A DNA stretch of 64,000 nucleotides from Myxococcota bacterium (GTDB taxonomy: Bacteria > Myxococcota_A > UBA9160 > UBA6930), in the NCBI GenBank assembly GCA_965223415.1, contig OZ245002.1, positions 4,608,001-4,672,000 on the forward strand, in the 5' to 3' direction. Numbering within the stretch: position 1 is the first letter of the stretch; the number at the start of each line of letters is the position of its first letter. Below are positions 44,580 through 56,025 of this stretch, in pieces. The notes under the pieces are model-generated. The model made no database searches. It had not been told where the DNA came from and worked only from the letters and a program-made list of their open reading frames with translations. The position numbers and the translations under genes are program-made.

Positions 44580-44909
44580 ATGACGAAGACGATCCGATGC
44601 GGCCTGGCGGCCCTGGTGGTGGCGGCCAGCCTGCTCCTGGCGGGCGCAGCCTCGGCCTGGAGCGACGAGACGACGGTGCAGAGCAAGGCCCCGGGGAGCA
44701 GCTCCCTGCTCCTGGAGGACGACGTCACGGTGCGGGTGGGCCCCTCGACCGAGATCCGCAACGCCAACGGCGTGCGGATCCAGTACGCGGACATCCCGGA
44801 CCCGGAGGAGGTGAAGCCCGCCTCGGTGATGGTGCGCGTGGAGGGGTCGCGCTCCGGGAGCGTGGTGACGGCGTCGAAGATCACGGTCCGGCCGCTGCTC
44901 ACGCATTGA
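44580..44909 (+). CDS. Small secreted beta-rich protein (DUF5666-like)
   Basis: Signal peptide ASA|W; V.V...T.I and VRVEG...VTASKI. Confidence 0.6.
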   Translation: MTKTIRCGLAALVVAASLLLAGAASAWSDETTVQSKAPGSSSLLLEDDVTVRVGPSTEIRNANGVRIQYADIPDPEEVKPASVMVRVEGSRSGSVVTASKITVRPLLTH

Positions 44910-44940
44910 TCGGAGGCCGGGCCCCGGCCCGGCCGGCGGC

Positions 44941-46311
<1,371 letters not shown>

Positions 46312-46337
46312 GGGCCTGTGTCTGCCTCCCCAGGGCC

Positions 46338-46364
46338 TTATCGGCGGTCCGCCGGCCGGCGTGA
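46338..46364 (-). promoter_or_regulatory. sigma28-like promoter upstream of the pilR2-like gene
   Basis: Minus strand TCAC-N15-GCCGATAA. Confidence 0.6.
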
Positions 46365-46483
46365 GGGCCCTGGGGCGGTCCCGGAGCCGGGACGGGGAGC
46401 CCCCGATTCCAGCCCCCGCGGAGCCGTGACGGGGGGGCGGGGAAAAGGTGACCCGCAACACCACGCAGACCCCTCAAGGCCGC

Positions 46484-46511
46484 TCAAGTCCCCGAAACCC
46501 CAGGACGATAG
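46484..46511 (+). promoter_or_regulatory. sigma28-like promoter upstream of HTH-pilMNOPQ
   Basis: TCAA-N16-GACGATAG. Confidence 0.55.
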
Positions 46512-46570
46512 GGGGATCGTTCGGGCGGGGGCGCCCACTCCGGCATGCAGTCGACCTTCGGGGGGAGACA

Positions 46571-46819
46571 GTGCCCAGCAACAACGTTCAGCGATTCCGT
46601 GAGGCTCAGATGATGAGCAAGGCAGAGCTCGCCCGGAAGGCGGGCTTGTCGACCCTCACCATCGATCGGATCGAGGCCGGACGCCCCTGCCGCCTGGACA
46701 CGAAGCGGAAGATCCTGATCGCGCTCGGACTCAAGGTCGCGGACAAGGACAAGGTCTTCGGCCCGGCTCCCAGCAACTTCCCCGCTCCTCCGGTCCACGA
46801 CGGACCGGAGCGCTTCTAG
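46571..46819 (+). CDS. Small XRE/Cro HTH protein preceding pilM
   Basis: MSKAELARKAGLSTLTIDRIE.G..CR.DTKRKI. Confidence 0.85.
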   Translation: MPSNNVQRFREAQMMSKAELARKAGLSTLTIDRIEAGRPCRLDTKRKILIALGLKVADKDKVFGPAPSNFPAPPVHDGPERF

Positions 46820-46840
46820 CGGCGGGCAGGAGGGAACGCG

Positions 46841-47908
46841 TTGCCTTTCTCGTTCGGTAAGTCCAAGTCGATCGTCGGCCTCGACATCGGGTCTTCCTCC
46901 GTGAAGATCGTCGAGCTCGTCAGCCGCAGCAGGGGCGTCGAGCTGCAGCACGTGGGCGTCGCCCCGCTGCCGCCTGAAGCCATCGTGCAGGGTGCGTTCC
47001 TGAACTCGGGAGCCATCGTCGACGCCATCGCCCGGGCGGTCGAGGAATCCGGGATCAAGAACAAGAACGTCGCTACGGCCGTCTCGGGGCATTCGGTGAT
47101 CGTCAAGAAGATCAGCCTTCCGATGATGACGCGGGACGAGCTGGAGGAGTCGATCCGCTGGGAGGCGGAGCAGTACATCCCCTTCGACATCAACGAAGTG
47201 AACCTCGACTTCCAGATCCTCGAGTCCGGCGATGTGGAAGGGCAGATGGACGTCCTCCTCGTCGCTGCCAAGAAGGACCTGATCGACGACTACGTCCAGG
47301 TCATCAGTGAGGCGGGTCTCACGCCTTCGGTGATCGATGTCGCCGCCTTCGCGGTGGAGAACGCCTTCGAGGCGAACTACGACGTCAACCCGAACGAGGT
47401 GGTCGCCCTGGTCAACATCGGGGCCCAGGTCGTCAACATCAACATCGTCTCCCAGGGCATCCCCGCCTTCACCCGCGACGTGTCCACCGGCGGCAACGTC
47501 TACACGGAAGAGATCCAGAAGGCCCTCTCCGTGGGGTGGGAGGAGGCCGAGCGCCTGAAGATCGGCGGCGACCCCGGCGAAGAGAGCCAGGAGGTCGTGC
47601 CCCAGGAAGTGGAGAAGGCGATGCGCTCGGTCAGCGAGACCGTGCTGGGCGAAATTAGCCGCTCCCTCGATTTCTTCGCGGCTACCGCCGCCGAGGCCCG
47701 CATCGGCAGGGTCTTCCTCTCGGGCGGCGGCGCGCGGGTCTCGGGCCTCGACGCCGCCTTCCAGGGCAAGACGAACCTGCCCGTGGAGATGCTGAACCCG
47801 CTGGCGCGCCTCGTGCCCGGCAGCCAAGTCGACCAGGCGTTCCTCGACGAGGTCGCGCCCTCCCTGGGCGTGAGCGTCGGGCTGGCCCTGCGGAGGATGG
47901 ACGACTAA
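46841..47908 (+). CDS. pilM: Type IV pilus assembly protein PilM
   Basis: VGLDIGSSSVK, EAEQYIPF, LVAAKK, LSGGGA. Confidence 0.96.
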   Translation: MPFSFGKSKSIVGLDIGSSSVKIVELVSRSRGVELQHVGVAPLPPEAIVQGAFLNSGAIVDAIARAVEESGIKNKNVATAVSGHSVIVKKISLPMMTRDELEESIRWEAEQYIPFDINEVNLDFQILESGDVEGQMDVLLVAAKKDLIDDYVQVISEAGLTPSVIDVAAFAVENAFEANYDVNPNEVVALVNIGAQVVNINIVSQGIPAFTRDVSTGGNVYTEEIQKALSVGWEEAERLKIGGDPGEESQEVVPQEVEKAMRSVSETVLGEISRSLDFFAATAAEARIGRVFLSGGGARVSGLDAAFQGKTNLPVEMLNPLARLVPGSQVDQAFLDEVAPSLGVSVGLALRRMDD

Positions 47909-48498
47909 TGATCAAGATCAACCTCCTTCCGGTCCGCGAGGAGCGCCGAAAGGCCGGCGCTCGGCAATTCGCGGTCAGCGTGGCGGCGACCCTGGTTGGC
48001 GCCCTGGCCATCGCCGGTTTCTTCCACTGGAACCTGGTGAACGAGCTGGCCGAGGTGAAGACCGCCACCGCCGATACCCAGCGGCAGATCGACAAGTTCG
48101 GCCCGCAGCTCCAGCAGGTCGAAGAGTACCGTCGGACCAAGGCGGAGATCGAGCAGAAGCTCGAGGTGATCGAGCGCCTGTTCGCGAGTCGCGCCGGCCC
48201 GGTCCACATGATGGACGAGCTGGCGACCCACGCGCCCGATCGGCTGTGGATCACCGAAGTGAAGACCCAGGCCTCCAAGATCACGATCAAGGGGATGAGC
48301 CTCGACAACGAGCTCGTCGCGGTCTTCCTGACCGCGCTCAACCAGTCCCCGTACTTCTCCAACGTCGAGCTGCTCAGCACCGAGGCGAAGGAGAAGGAAG
48401 GGCTCAAGCTGAACGCCTTCGAGGTCAGCGCCTTGGCCGCCTCGCCGAAGCCCAAGAAGGCTCCGGTGGAGACGGCCGCCGTGGACCACGGGCAGTAG
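47908..48498 (+). CDS. pilN: PilN
   Basis: N-terminal IKINLLP, single TM, coiled coil. Confidence 0.95.
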   Translation: MIKINLLPVREERRKAGARQFAVSVAATLVGALAIAGFFHWNLVNELAEVKTATADTQRQIDKFGPQLQQVEEYRRTKAEIEQKLEVIERLFASRAGPVHMMDELATHAPDRLWITEVKTQASKITIKGMSLDNELVAVFLTALNQSPYFSNVELLSTEAKEKEGLKLNAFEVSALAASPKPKKAPVETAAVDHGQ

Positions 48499-48507
48499 GA
48501 GGGATCG

Positions 48508-49164
48508 ATGGATCTCGGTCTCGACCAGTTCCAGGGCCAGCTCGACCGGCTCAACAAGCTTCCGCGCGCGTACCGGATGGCGTTGATGCCGGCGATCCTC
48601 GTCGTGATCGCCGCTCTCTACGTCTACTTCCTCTACATGCCGGCGAAGCAGGAGCTCACCGCCCAGCGGGAGCAGCACCTGCAGCTGCAGCGGAAGCTCG
48701 CCGAAGTGCGGGCCGTCGCCAGCAACGAGGAGGCGGTGAAGGCGGAGATCGCGGCGCTCGAGCTCAAGCTCAAGGACGCGCTGCGGCAGCTGCCGGACAG
48801 CAAGGAGCTTCCGGTCCTGCTCACCGACATCACCAGCCTCGGCAAGAACGCGGGCCTCGACTTCAAGGGCTTCCGCCCCCAGGCCGAGGTGAACAAGGGC
48901 TTCTACGCCGAAGTGCCGATCGACATCGAATTCACCGGGCAGTTCCACGACGCCGCGATGTTCTTCGACGAGGTCTCGAGGCTGCCGCGGATCGTCAACA
49001 TCGGCGAGCTCGCGATCGACATCAATCGCGAGGACACGATCCGCACCGTGCTCAAGGTGAAGGGACAGGCCACGACCTATCGCTTCGTGGAGGCACCGCC
49101 CGAAGGGGCGGAGGCCGCCGACCCGAAGAAGGGCAAGGCCGTCCGAAAGCGAGGGCGAAAGTGA
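48508..49164 (+). CDS. pilO: PilO
   Basis: LP...E.P.LL.DI, FYAEVPI, LPRIVNI. Confidence 0.95.
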   Translation: MDLGLDQFQGQLDRLNKLPRAYRMALMPAILVVIAALYVYFLYMPAKQELTAQREQHLQLQRKLAEVRAVASNEEAVKAEIAALELKLKDALRQLPDSKELPVLLTDITSLGKNAGLDFKGFRPQAEVNKGFYAEVPIDIEFTGQFHDAAMFFDEVSRLPRIVNIGELAIDINREDTIRTVLKVKGQATTYRFVEAPPEGAEAADPKKGKAVRKRGRK

Positions 49165-49700
49165 TGACGCACCGGAAGTCCATCATCGCGGGGCTCGCGG
49201 CAGCGCTCTTGTTCGGACTGGCCTGCCAGGAGTCGGCCACCGGCACGGCGGCCCAGGCGGCCGCGCCCAAGCCGAAGGGCAAGGCGGCGGCTGCAGCGGC
49301 TCCGGGTGCCCAGGAGGGGGCCGCGGCGAACGCGATCGTGGCCGACGCCCGGGCTTACGTCTACGACCCGATCGGCAAGCGGGACCCGTTCCGGTCCTTC
49401 GTGTTGGATCGGATCAAGGAAGTCGACGAGGAGGCCAAGGGCCCGCTGGAGCAGTTCGATCTGAGCCAGCTGTCCGTCACCGGCGTGGTCTGGGAGGGCG
49501 GCAGCAAGCGCGCTCTCGTGATCGACCCGTCCGGCCAGGCCTACATCGTTCAAGAAGGCGACCCCATCGGCAAGAACGAGGGTCGCATCATCACGATCGG
49601 GGACAACACGATGATGGTTCGTGAGAAGTACGAGGACTTCCACGGCCAGCAGACTGAGAAAGAGATCGTGATGCGCATTCGGTTGACTGAGGGAGGGTGA
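49164..49700 (+). CDS. pilP: PilP lipoprotein
   Basis: Lipobox GLA|C; Y.P.GKRDPF; PLEQFDL; IGKNEG. Confidence 0.93.
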   Translation: MTHRKSIIAGLAAALLFGLACQESATGTAAQAAAPKPKGKAAAAAAPGAQEGAAANAIVADARAYVYDPIGKRDPFRSFVLDRIKEVDEEAKGPLEQFDLSQLSVTGVVWEGGSKRALVIDPSGQAYIVQEGDPIGKNEGRIITIGDNTMMVREKYEDFHGQQTEKEIVMRIRLTEGG

Positions 49701-52594
49701 GCTCGATGTTCGCTAGCACCATGAACGGAATCTGCGGAAAGGTGGGGCTCACCGTGAGCGCCATCTGCATGGCCGCCCTTCTCGCCTGCGCGTCCACGAA
49801 GGCGCCGGCGCCGACTGCCGTGGGACCGATGTCCCTCTCGTCGGTGACCGTCGAGGCGGACGGCGAGGCGACGCTCGTGAGCCTGAACGGGCTGACGGAG
49901 CCGGTCTACAACGCCTTCAAGCAGGCGGAGCCGAACCGGGTCGTGATCGACCTGGCATCGGTCGAGCCCGGTGAGGTTGCATCGGCGATCGCCGTCTACG
50001 ACGGCACGATCGACGAGGTGACGGTCACCGGCTTCCACCACGAGGGCGCTTCGTCCACGCGGGTGGAGCTTTCGCTGGCGGCGGACGCCGAGTACACGGT
50101 GGTGGACCTCGAGGACCGCCTCGAGATCCGCGTGAGCGCCGCGACCCCGGCCGCCGCGCCCGCGGCGGACGCCTGGGCGGTGACCGAGCCGGCCACGGAC
50201 GCTACGGCGACCGAGGTCGCCTCGGAGACCACCTCCGAGGAGGATCCGTGGGCGACGCCCGAGGCGGAGGAGGGAGCCTGGACTCCCGAAGCCGAGACCC
50301 CGGTTCCCGCGACCACCCTCTACGGGGTTTCGACGGCGACCGAAGGCGACGCCCTGGCCGTGCAGCTCGAGGCCGACGGCGCCATCGAGGGCGCGACCTG
50401 GTTCAACCTCGACGATCCCCAGCGGCTCGTCGTCGACGTGCCGGGGATCACCAGCCAGGTGGAGAGCCCCGTCATCGACGTGAACGGGAGCTGGGTCTCC
50501 CGGATCCGCGTCGGCCAGCACGACGAGAAGGTGCGGGTCGTGCTCGACGGCGCCGAAGGCGCTCCGGGCTTCGAGGCCGTCAACGTCGTGACCCTCGGCA
50601 CCGGCCTCTGGCTCGGTCTGGGCGACGTGACGTCGCCGGTGGCCCCGGTGGCCATGTCTCCAGGGGCAGAGGAAGAGACCGACGCCGCCGAGGCGGCGCC
50701 CGCGGAGCTGGCCGAGACCGAGACGGCCGAGGATGTCACCGAGACCGCCGACGCTTCGGGCGACGCCCAGGCCGCGGAGACCGGGACGGCGGGCACCGAG
50801 ACCGCCGAGGCCTGGGCCGAGGAGGCGTCCTTCGACGCCGCCGAGGAGGCCGCTCCGGCCACCCAGGCCGTCTACGGAGTGCAGCTCGAGAACGACGAGG
50901 CCCGCGAGCGGGTCGTGATCGTGACCGAGGGCCCCGTGGAGTTCGTGACGACGCATCCCGCCCCGGACACGACCGTGGTGAGCCTCAAGGGCGCCACCAT
51001 CGATCCGGACGCCGCCGTGCGCATCGCGCCCGACGCGCCCGGTGCCGTGTCCCTCGTGACCGCGTTCCAGCAGCCGGAGACCGCCGAGCCCGAGGTGCGG
51101 GTCGTGGTGCGGGGCCAGGAGGGCGCCAAGCCGGCCGTGAGCCAGGAGGGCGCGCTGCTCTTCCTGGACTTCGCGCCCGCCGAGATGGCCTCCCGGCTTC
51201 CGATGCTGTCGGACGTGGCGGCGGCCGAGAGCATGCCCGCTTCGATCGACCCGGACGCCGACGCCGTGGATATTCTGGCCGAAGGTGGCCTGGTCGACGG
51301 TAAGGCCTACACCGGCCGTCGCATCTCCCTCGACTTCAAGGACGTGGAGATCGACGACGTCCTCCGGCTGATCGCCGAGGTCTCGGACCTCAACATCATC
51401 GCCGGCGACGAGGTCAACGGGAAGGTCACGATCCGCCTGGTGGACGTGCCCTGGGATCAGGCCCTCGACGTCATCCTCCTGACCCGCGGCCTCGGCTTCG
51501 TGCGGGTGGGCAACGTGCTCCGCATCGCGCCCGCCGACCTGCTGAAGACCGAGGAGGAGGCGCGCCTCCAGGAGCGCCGGGCCAAGGAGAAGCTCGAGGA
51601 CCTGGTGGTCAAGCTCCAGCCGGTCAACTACGCCGACGTGTCCGAGATCGAGAAGATGGTGAAGCGGCTCCTCACCGCCCGCGGCAGCGTGGACGTGGAC
51701 GAGCGCACCAACACCGTCATCCTGAAGGACATCGCGTCGGTGATCGACGAGGCCACGGCCCTCATCAAGGCGATCGACACGCAGACGCCGCAGGTGATGA
51801 TCGAGGCCAAGATCGTCGAGGCCAACCTGGACTTCTCCAAGGAGCTGGGTGCGACCTGGGCCTTCGGTGTGCAGCCGCTCACCGACGGCTTCGACGAGAG
51901 CAGCCCCGATCGCCGCGACGAGCGGCTCGGGCTCGGCAACGACGTGCTGTTCCACGACAACCCGCTCTTCCTGGGCGACATCACCGACACGTTCAACCAC
52001 GTGGCGGTGGTGAACCCGATCACCTCGGTCCCGAACGGTCTCCTCGATCTGGGCGCCTTCATCCTGGATGAGCGCCTCAACATCGAGGCCCGGATCGAGG
52101 CGGCGGAGAGCTACGGCGAGGGCAAGGTGATCTCGAGCCCGCGCATCGTCACGCTCGACAACCGGAAGGCGACCATCGAGCAGGGTGTCTCGATTCCCTT
52201 CCAGACCTTCGAGAACGGCGACGCCAAGCTCGAGTTCATCGACGCGGTCCTGCGCCTGGACGTGACGCCGCACATCACGGCGGACCAGAGCATCATCATG
52301 AAGCTCGAGGTCCAGCGCAACGCGCCCGACACCAGCGTGGAGACGCCCACGGGCTCCCCGGCCATCGCCAAGAACGAGGCGGAGACCGAGACCCTGGTGA
52401 AGGACGGTCAGACCCTGGTGATCGGCGGCATCTACGTCGTCGACCAGAGTGAGACCGAGAGCCGCGTGCCGTACTTCCACAAGATCCCGCTCCTGGGGAA
52501 CGCGTTCAAGAACAACGAGGTCCGGGACATCCGCAAGGAGCTCCTGGTCTTCGTGACCCCGCGGATCGTGATCAATCCGGAGCTCGGCAGCTAG
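49697..52594 (+). CDS. pilQ: Secretin PilQ with AMIN domains
   Basis: YTGRRISLDF, VPWDQALD, QVMIEAKIVE, VPYFHKIPLLG, ELLVFVTPRI; start may be 49706. Confidence 0.96.
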   Translation: MSSMFASTMNGICGKVGLTVSAICMAALLACASTKAPAPTAVGPMSLSSVTVEADGEATLVSLNGLTEPVYNAFKQAEPNRVVIDLASVEPGEVASAIAVYDGTIDEVTVTGFHHEGASSTRVELSLAADAEYTVVDLEDRLEIRVSAATPAAAPAADAWAVTEPATDATATEVASETTSEEDPWATPEAEEGAWTPEAETPVPATTLYGVSTATEGDALAVQLEADGAIEGATWFNLDDPQRLVVDVPGITSQVESPVIDVNGSWVSRIRVGQHDEKVRVVLDGAEGAPGFEAVNVVTLGTGLWLGLGDVTSPVAPVAMSPGAEEETDAAEAAPAELAETETAEDVTETADASGDAQAAETGTAGTETAEAWAEEASFDAAEEAAPATQAVYGVQLENDEARERVVIVTEGPVEFVTTHPAPDTTVVSLKGATIDPDAAVRIAPDAPGAVSLVTAFQQPETAEPEVRVVVRGQEGAKPAVSQEGALLFLDFAPAEMASRLPMLSDVAAAESMPASIDPDADAVDILAEGGLVDGKAYTGRRISLDFKDVEIDDVLRLIAEVSDLNIIAGDEVNGKVTIRLVDVPWDQALDVILLTRGLGFVRVGNVLRIAPADLLKTEEEARLQERRAKEKLEDLVVKLQPVNYADVSEIEKMVKRLLTARGSVDVDERTNTVILKDIASVIDEATALIKAIDTQTPQVMIEAKIVEANLDFSKELGATWAFGVQPLTDGFDESSPDRRDERLGLGNDVLFHDNPLFLGDITDTFNHVAVVNPITSVPNGLLDLGAFILDERLNIEARIEAAESYGEGKVISSPRIVTLDNRKATIEQGVSIPFQTFENGDAKLEFIDAVLRLDVTPHITADQSIIMKLEVQRNAPDTSVETPTGSPAIAKNEAETETLVKDGQTLVIGGIYVVDQSETESRVPYFHKIPLLGNAFKNNEVRDIRKELLVFVTPRIVINPELGS

Positions 52595-52620
52595 GAGCCG
52601 AAACTCGGGTTCGCACCCGG

Positions 52621-52650
52621 GCGGCGGGGAGCTTCGGCTCCCCGCCGCTT
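52621..52650 (+). terminator. Hairpin, probable terminator after pilQ
   Basis: GCGGCGGGGAGC-TTCG-GCTCCCCGCCGC-TT (short U tract). Confidence 0.6.
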
Positions 52651-52709
52651 CGCGTTGGGGCCGGGCCCGCGGCGTTCGCCGCTCGCTCGTCTACGGTTAT
52701 CCTTCGCCG

Positions 52710-53228
52710 ATGGCAGGGACGATCTGGCTCGTCGGCCTGATGGGTGCCGGCAAGACGGCGGTGGGCGCGGCCCTGGCCGCGCGTCTGGGCGTGCCCTTCG
52801 CCGACTCCGACGCCGAGATCGAACGGGCCGCGGGCTGCACCATCCCCGAGATCTTCGAAGGGGAGGGCGAGGCCGCCTTCCGCGCCCGGGAACGCGAGGC
52901 GATCGCCCGGCTGGCCACGCAAGCCGGCGTCGTGGCCCTCGGTGGCGGCGCCATCGCCCAGCCCGGCCAGGCGGCGGCCCTGGCCGCGTCGGGCACCGTC
53001 GTCTACCTGCGCGCGCGTCCGGAGACCCTGGCCGCGAGGGTCGGCGGCAACGACGGGCGACCGCTCCTCGCGGGCCTGGACGGCCCCCAGCGCTGCGCCC
53101 GGCTGGCGGCGCTCCTCGAGGAGCGCCGGGAGGCCTACGAGAGCGCGAGCGTGCTCGTGGACACCGACGATCGGGAGATCGACGCCGTCGTCGGCGAGCT
53201 CGCGGCCCGGCTGGAGGCGGCGGCGTGA
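52710..53228 (+). CDS. aroK: Shikimate kinase
   Basis: GLMGAGKT, D.D..IE, GEAAFR, ALGGG, RPLL. Confidence 0.95.
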   Translation: MAGTIWLVGLMGAGKTAVGAALAARLGVPFADSDAEIERAAGCTIPEIFEGEGEAAFRAREREAIARLATQAGVVALGGGAIAQPGQAAALAASGTVVYLRARPETLAARVGGNDGRPLLAGLDGPQRCARLAALLEERREAYESASVLVDTDDREIDAVVGELAARLEAAA

Positions 53229-54355
53229 GGGGTGGCGGAGGCGCCAGGGCGGCCAGGACGGGGCGCCGCGTGCGGGTCGCCCTCGGTGAGCGCAGCTACA
53301 CCATCCACATCGGGGCCGGCAGCCTGGACGACGTGGGCCCGGCGATCGCACGGGCGACCGGCGCGAAGAAGGCGATGCTCATCAGCGTTGCGCCCGTGGC
53401 TCGGCGCTACGCGGCGCGGGTGGAGCGCTCCCTGCGGGCGGCCGGAATCCGGCCCCGGCGTCTCCTGGTACCGGATGGCGAGCGGACGAAGAGCCTGCGC
53501 CAGGCCGAGAAGCTCTACGACGCCTGTCTGGCCGCCGGCGCCGACCGCAGCAGCGTGGTCGTCGCGCTCGGTGGGGGCGTGGTCGGCGATCTGGCCGGCT
53601 TTGTCGCGGCGACGCTCCTGCGAGGCCTTCCCGTCGTCCAGGTACCGACCTCGCTCCTGGCGATGGTCGACTCCAGCGTCGGTGGAAAGACCGGTGTGAA
53701 CGTGGCGCGCGGCAAGAACCTGGTGGGCGCCTTTCATCAGCCGCGCCTGGTGTGGATCGACGCGGACGTCCTGCGCACCTTGCCCTCCCGCCAGCTCTCC
53801 GCCGGTCTGGCCGAGGTGATCAAGCACGCGGCGATCCGGGACGAGCGGCTCTTCCGGCGGCTCGAGCGCGATCTCGAGCGGCTGCGGGCCCTGGAGACCG
53901 ACGTGCTCGTGCCGGTCCTCCAACGCAACTGCGCCATCAAGGCCGCCGTGGTGGCCGAGGACGAGCGCGAGGCGGGGCCGCGGATGTTGCTGAACTTCGG
54001 CCACACGCTGGGCCACGCGGCGGAGGCCCTGAAGCGCTACCGCGGCATCCTGCACGGGGAGGCGGTGGCGATGGGAATGGTCTTCGCGGCCCGACGCTCC
54101 GAGGAGCTGGGCCTCGCCCCCTCGGGAACGGCGGACCGACTGCGGGCGCTGATCGAACGGGCCGGTCTGCCGACGGAGCTGCCGGACTTCCCGCGCAGTG
54201 CTTATCTCCGTGCGGTGGCGGTCGATAAGAAGGCGAGGGATCGGCACGTACACTTCGTCGTGCTGCGGGGCATCGGGCGCGCGGAGACGCGCCGGCTGCG
54301 GCCCGCCGAGATCTGGCCGGCCCGTCGCCGCGGCGGCGGGAAGAGCGGGAGGTGA
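53225..54355 (+). CDS. aroB: 3-dehydroquinate synthase
   Basis: DGE..K, ALGGGVVGD, PTSLLAMVDSSVGGKTG, LNFGHT.GH, HGEAV. Confidence 0.95.
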   Translation: MRGGGGARAARTGRRVRVALGERSYTIHIGAGSLDDVGPAIARATGAKKAMLISVAPVARRYAARVERSLRAAGIRPRRLLVPDGERTKSLRQAEKLYDACLAAGADRSSVVVALGGGVVGDLAGFVAATLLRGLPVVQVPTSLLAMVDSSVGGKTGVNVARGKNLVGAFHQPRLVWIDADVLRTLPSRQLSAGLAEVIKHAAIRDERLFRRLERDLERLRALETDVLVPVLQRNCAIKAAVVAEDEREAGPRMLLNFGHTLGHAAEALKRYRGILHGEAVAMGMVFAARRSEELGLAPSGTADRLRALIERAGLPTELPDFPRSAYLRAVAVDKKARDRHVHFVVLRGIGRAETRRLRPAEIWPARRRGGGKSGR

Positions 54356-55017
54356 GCGTGGACGGGCAGAGCGAGGCCGAGCGGCTCGAGGCGCTGGGAG
54401 CGGGGCGCCCCGAGGCCCCGGGCGTGGCTGCGCTGGCCGAAGCCCGGCGTCGAGCCGGTGAGCCTGGCGAGGCGCTCCGTCTGGCGGAAGAGGGCCTGGC
54501 CGCCCAGCCGGAGCTCGTGGCGGCACGGGTGTCCCGGGCCCTTGCACTCCTCGATCTCGACCGATCCGGCGAGGCGCGCCTGGAGCTGGAGCGCATTCTC
54601 GAGAGCGTGCCGGACCACCCCATCGCCAGCGCGTGCGCCGCGGAGGTGCCCGCGGCGGAGCCGCTCCCCGAGCTCGCCGAGGCCGAGCTCGACCGGGCCC
54701 TGGCCCACGCCGAGCCCGAGACGGACCAGATGCTCTCCGCCGACGTCTTCGCCGAGGCGGCGATTCAGGCCGCCGAGCACGACGACGCAGAGGCCGAAGA
54801 GGGCCTCGTTCCGGTGGCGCCCCAGGGCGAGCCCGATCCCCTCTATGCCACCGCCACGGTGGCGGAGCTGCTGGAGGAGCAGGGCCACGGCGAGGAGGCG
54901 GCCGAGATCCGGCGCGGGCTCGAGCCCGCCGCGCCCGCTGCCGATGAGAAGGACCGGGGCCGCGTCCTCCCCACGTTGGAACGTTGGCTCGATACACTCC
55001 GGAGACGAGACGGATGA
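54352..55017 (+). CDS. TPR-like hypothetical protein
   Basis: Helical repeat pattern; TATVAELL..QG and LERWL motifs; coupled to aroB and the roadblock gene. Confidence 0.65.
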   Translation: MSVDGQSEAERLEALGAGRPEAPGVAALAEARRRAGEPGEALRLAEEGLAAQPELVAARVSRALALLDLDRSGEARLELERILESVPDHPIASACAAEVPAAEPLPELAEAELDRALAHAEPETDQMLSADVFAEAAIQAAEHDDAEAEEGLVPVAPQGEPDPLYATATVAELLEEQGHGEEAAEIRRGLEPAAPAADEKDRGRVLPTLERWLDTLRRRDG

Positions 55018-55385
55018 GCTTCGAACACCTGCTCCACAAGATGATCGAGCCCTGCCAGGGCGTCCTGGGCGCCGCGCTCATGGGCTCCGACGGCATTCCG
55101 ATCGCCCAGGTGCCCGGCGCCGGCGCGCCGGCCTCCGCTGAGGAAGACGTGTCCGTCCTCTCCGTCGAGCTGGGTCGCATCCTCTCGGAGTGCCAGAAGA
55201 TGGCCGCTTCGAGCGGCGCGGGCGCGCCCGAGGAGCTGACCCTCCAGATGGAGCGGGTGGCGGCGGTGGTGCGGCGCCTCGACGACGAGAACTACCTGGT
55301 GCTGGCCCTGGAGCCCGACGCCACCGCCGGACGGGCCCGCTTCCAGATCCGCCGGCACCTGCTCGAGCTGCGGCAGCTCCTCTAG
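55014..55385 (+). CDS. mglC: Roadblock/LC7 protein, MglC-like
   Basis: MSF..., LMGSDGI, YLVLAL..D...GRARF; position downstream of pilQ as recalled for Myxococcus. Confidence 0.7.
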   Translation: MSFEHLLHKMIEPCQGVLGAALMGSDGIPIAQVPGAGAPASAEEDVSVLSVELGRILSECQKMAASSGAGAPEELTLQMERVAAVVRRLDDENYLVLALEPDATAGRARFQIRRHLLELRQLL

Positions 55386-55417
55386 GCCCGCCTTGGGTCA
55401 GCGGCTAGGTTCCGCCC

Positions 55418-55864
55418 ATGGCCGAGCCCGCGCGCATCCTGATCCTCCACGGGCCCAACCTGAACCTCCTCGGGACCCGGGAGCCGGAGGTCTACGGCCG
55501 CACGACCCTGGCCGAGATCGACCAGGAGCTCGCCGGCCAGGCCAAGGCCCGGGGCGCCGAGCTGCTCTCCCTCCAGTCGAACCACGAAGGCGTGCTGATC
55601 GACCGCATCCAGGAGGCCCGGGAGCAGGTGCAGGGCATCCTCATCAACCCGGGCGGGCTCACCCACACGAGTGTGGCGCTCCGGGACGCCCTGGCGGGGG
55701 TCGACCTGCCGGTGGTCGAGGTCCACCTCTCCAACACCCAGGCCCGGGAGGCCTTCCGCCACCACTCCTACGTGGCCGGTGTGGCCCTGGGGACCGTCGC
55801 GGGCTTCGGGGCCCGAAGCTACGCCCTGGGCCTCCAGGCCCTCCTGGACCACCTGGGCCTCTAG
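55418..55864 (+). CDS. aroQ: Type II 3-dehydroquinate dehydratase
   Basis: [34 protein letters not shown]. Confidence 0.97.
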   Translation: MAEPARILILHGPNLNLLGTREPEVYGRTTLAEIDQELAGQAKARGAELLSLQSNHEGVLIDRIQEAREQVQGILINPGGLTHTSVALRDALAGVDLPVVEVHLSNTQAREAFRHHSYVAGVALGTVAGFGARSYALGLQALLDHLGL

Positions 55865-55927
55865 GCCCGCCTCCCGGGCCGGGGCTCCCGCCCCCCGGCG
55901 AGGCCTCGAATCCGAGCCCCTCGCCCC

Positions 55928-55954
55928 TCAAGACGCCCTCCCGAGAGCCGATAC
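55928..55954 (+). promoter_or_regulatory. sigma28-like promoter upstream of the sgmX-like gene
   Basis: TCAA-N15-GCCGATAC. Confidence 0.65.
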
Positions 55955-56025
55955 GAAGGGAGCGGCGGAGGGGCGTGCCCAGCCCCTCGACCGCCCTTTG
56001 ACGCTCTCGGGTTCGAGGGGCCCTC

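Noticed and set aside
52595..52709. Possible aroC remnant between pilQ and aroK
   Set aside because: Only about 115 bp containing hairpins; no chorismate synthase residues recognisable.
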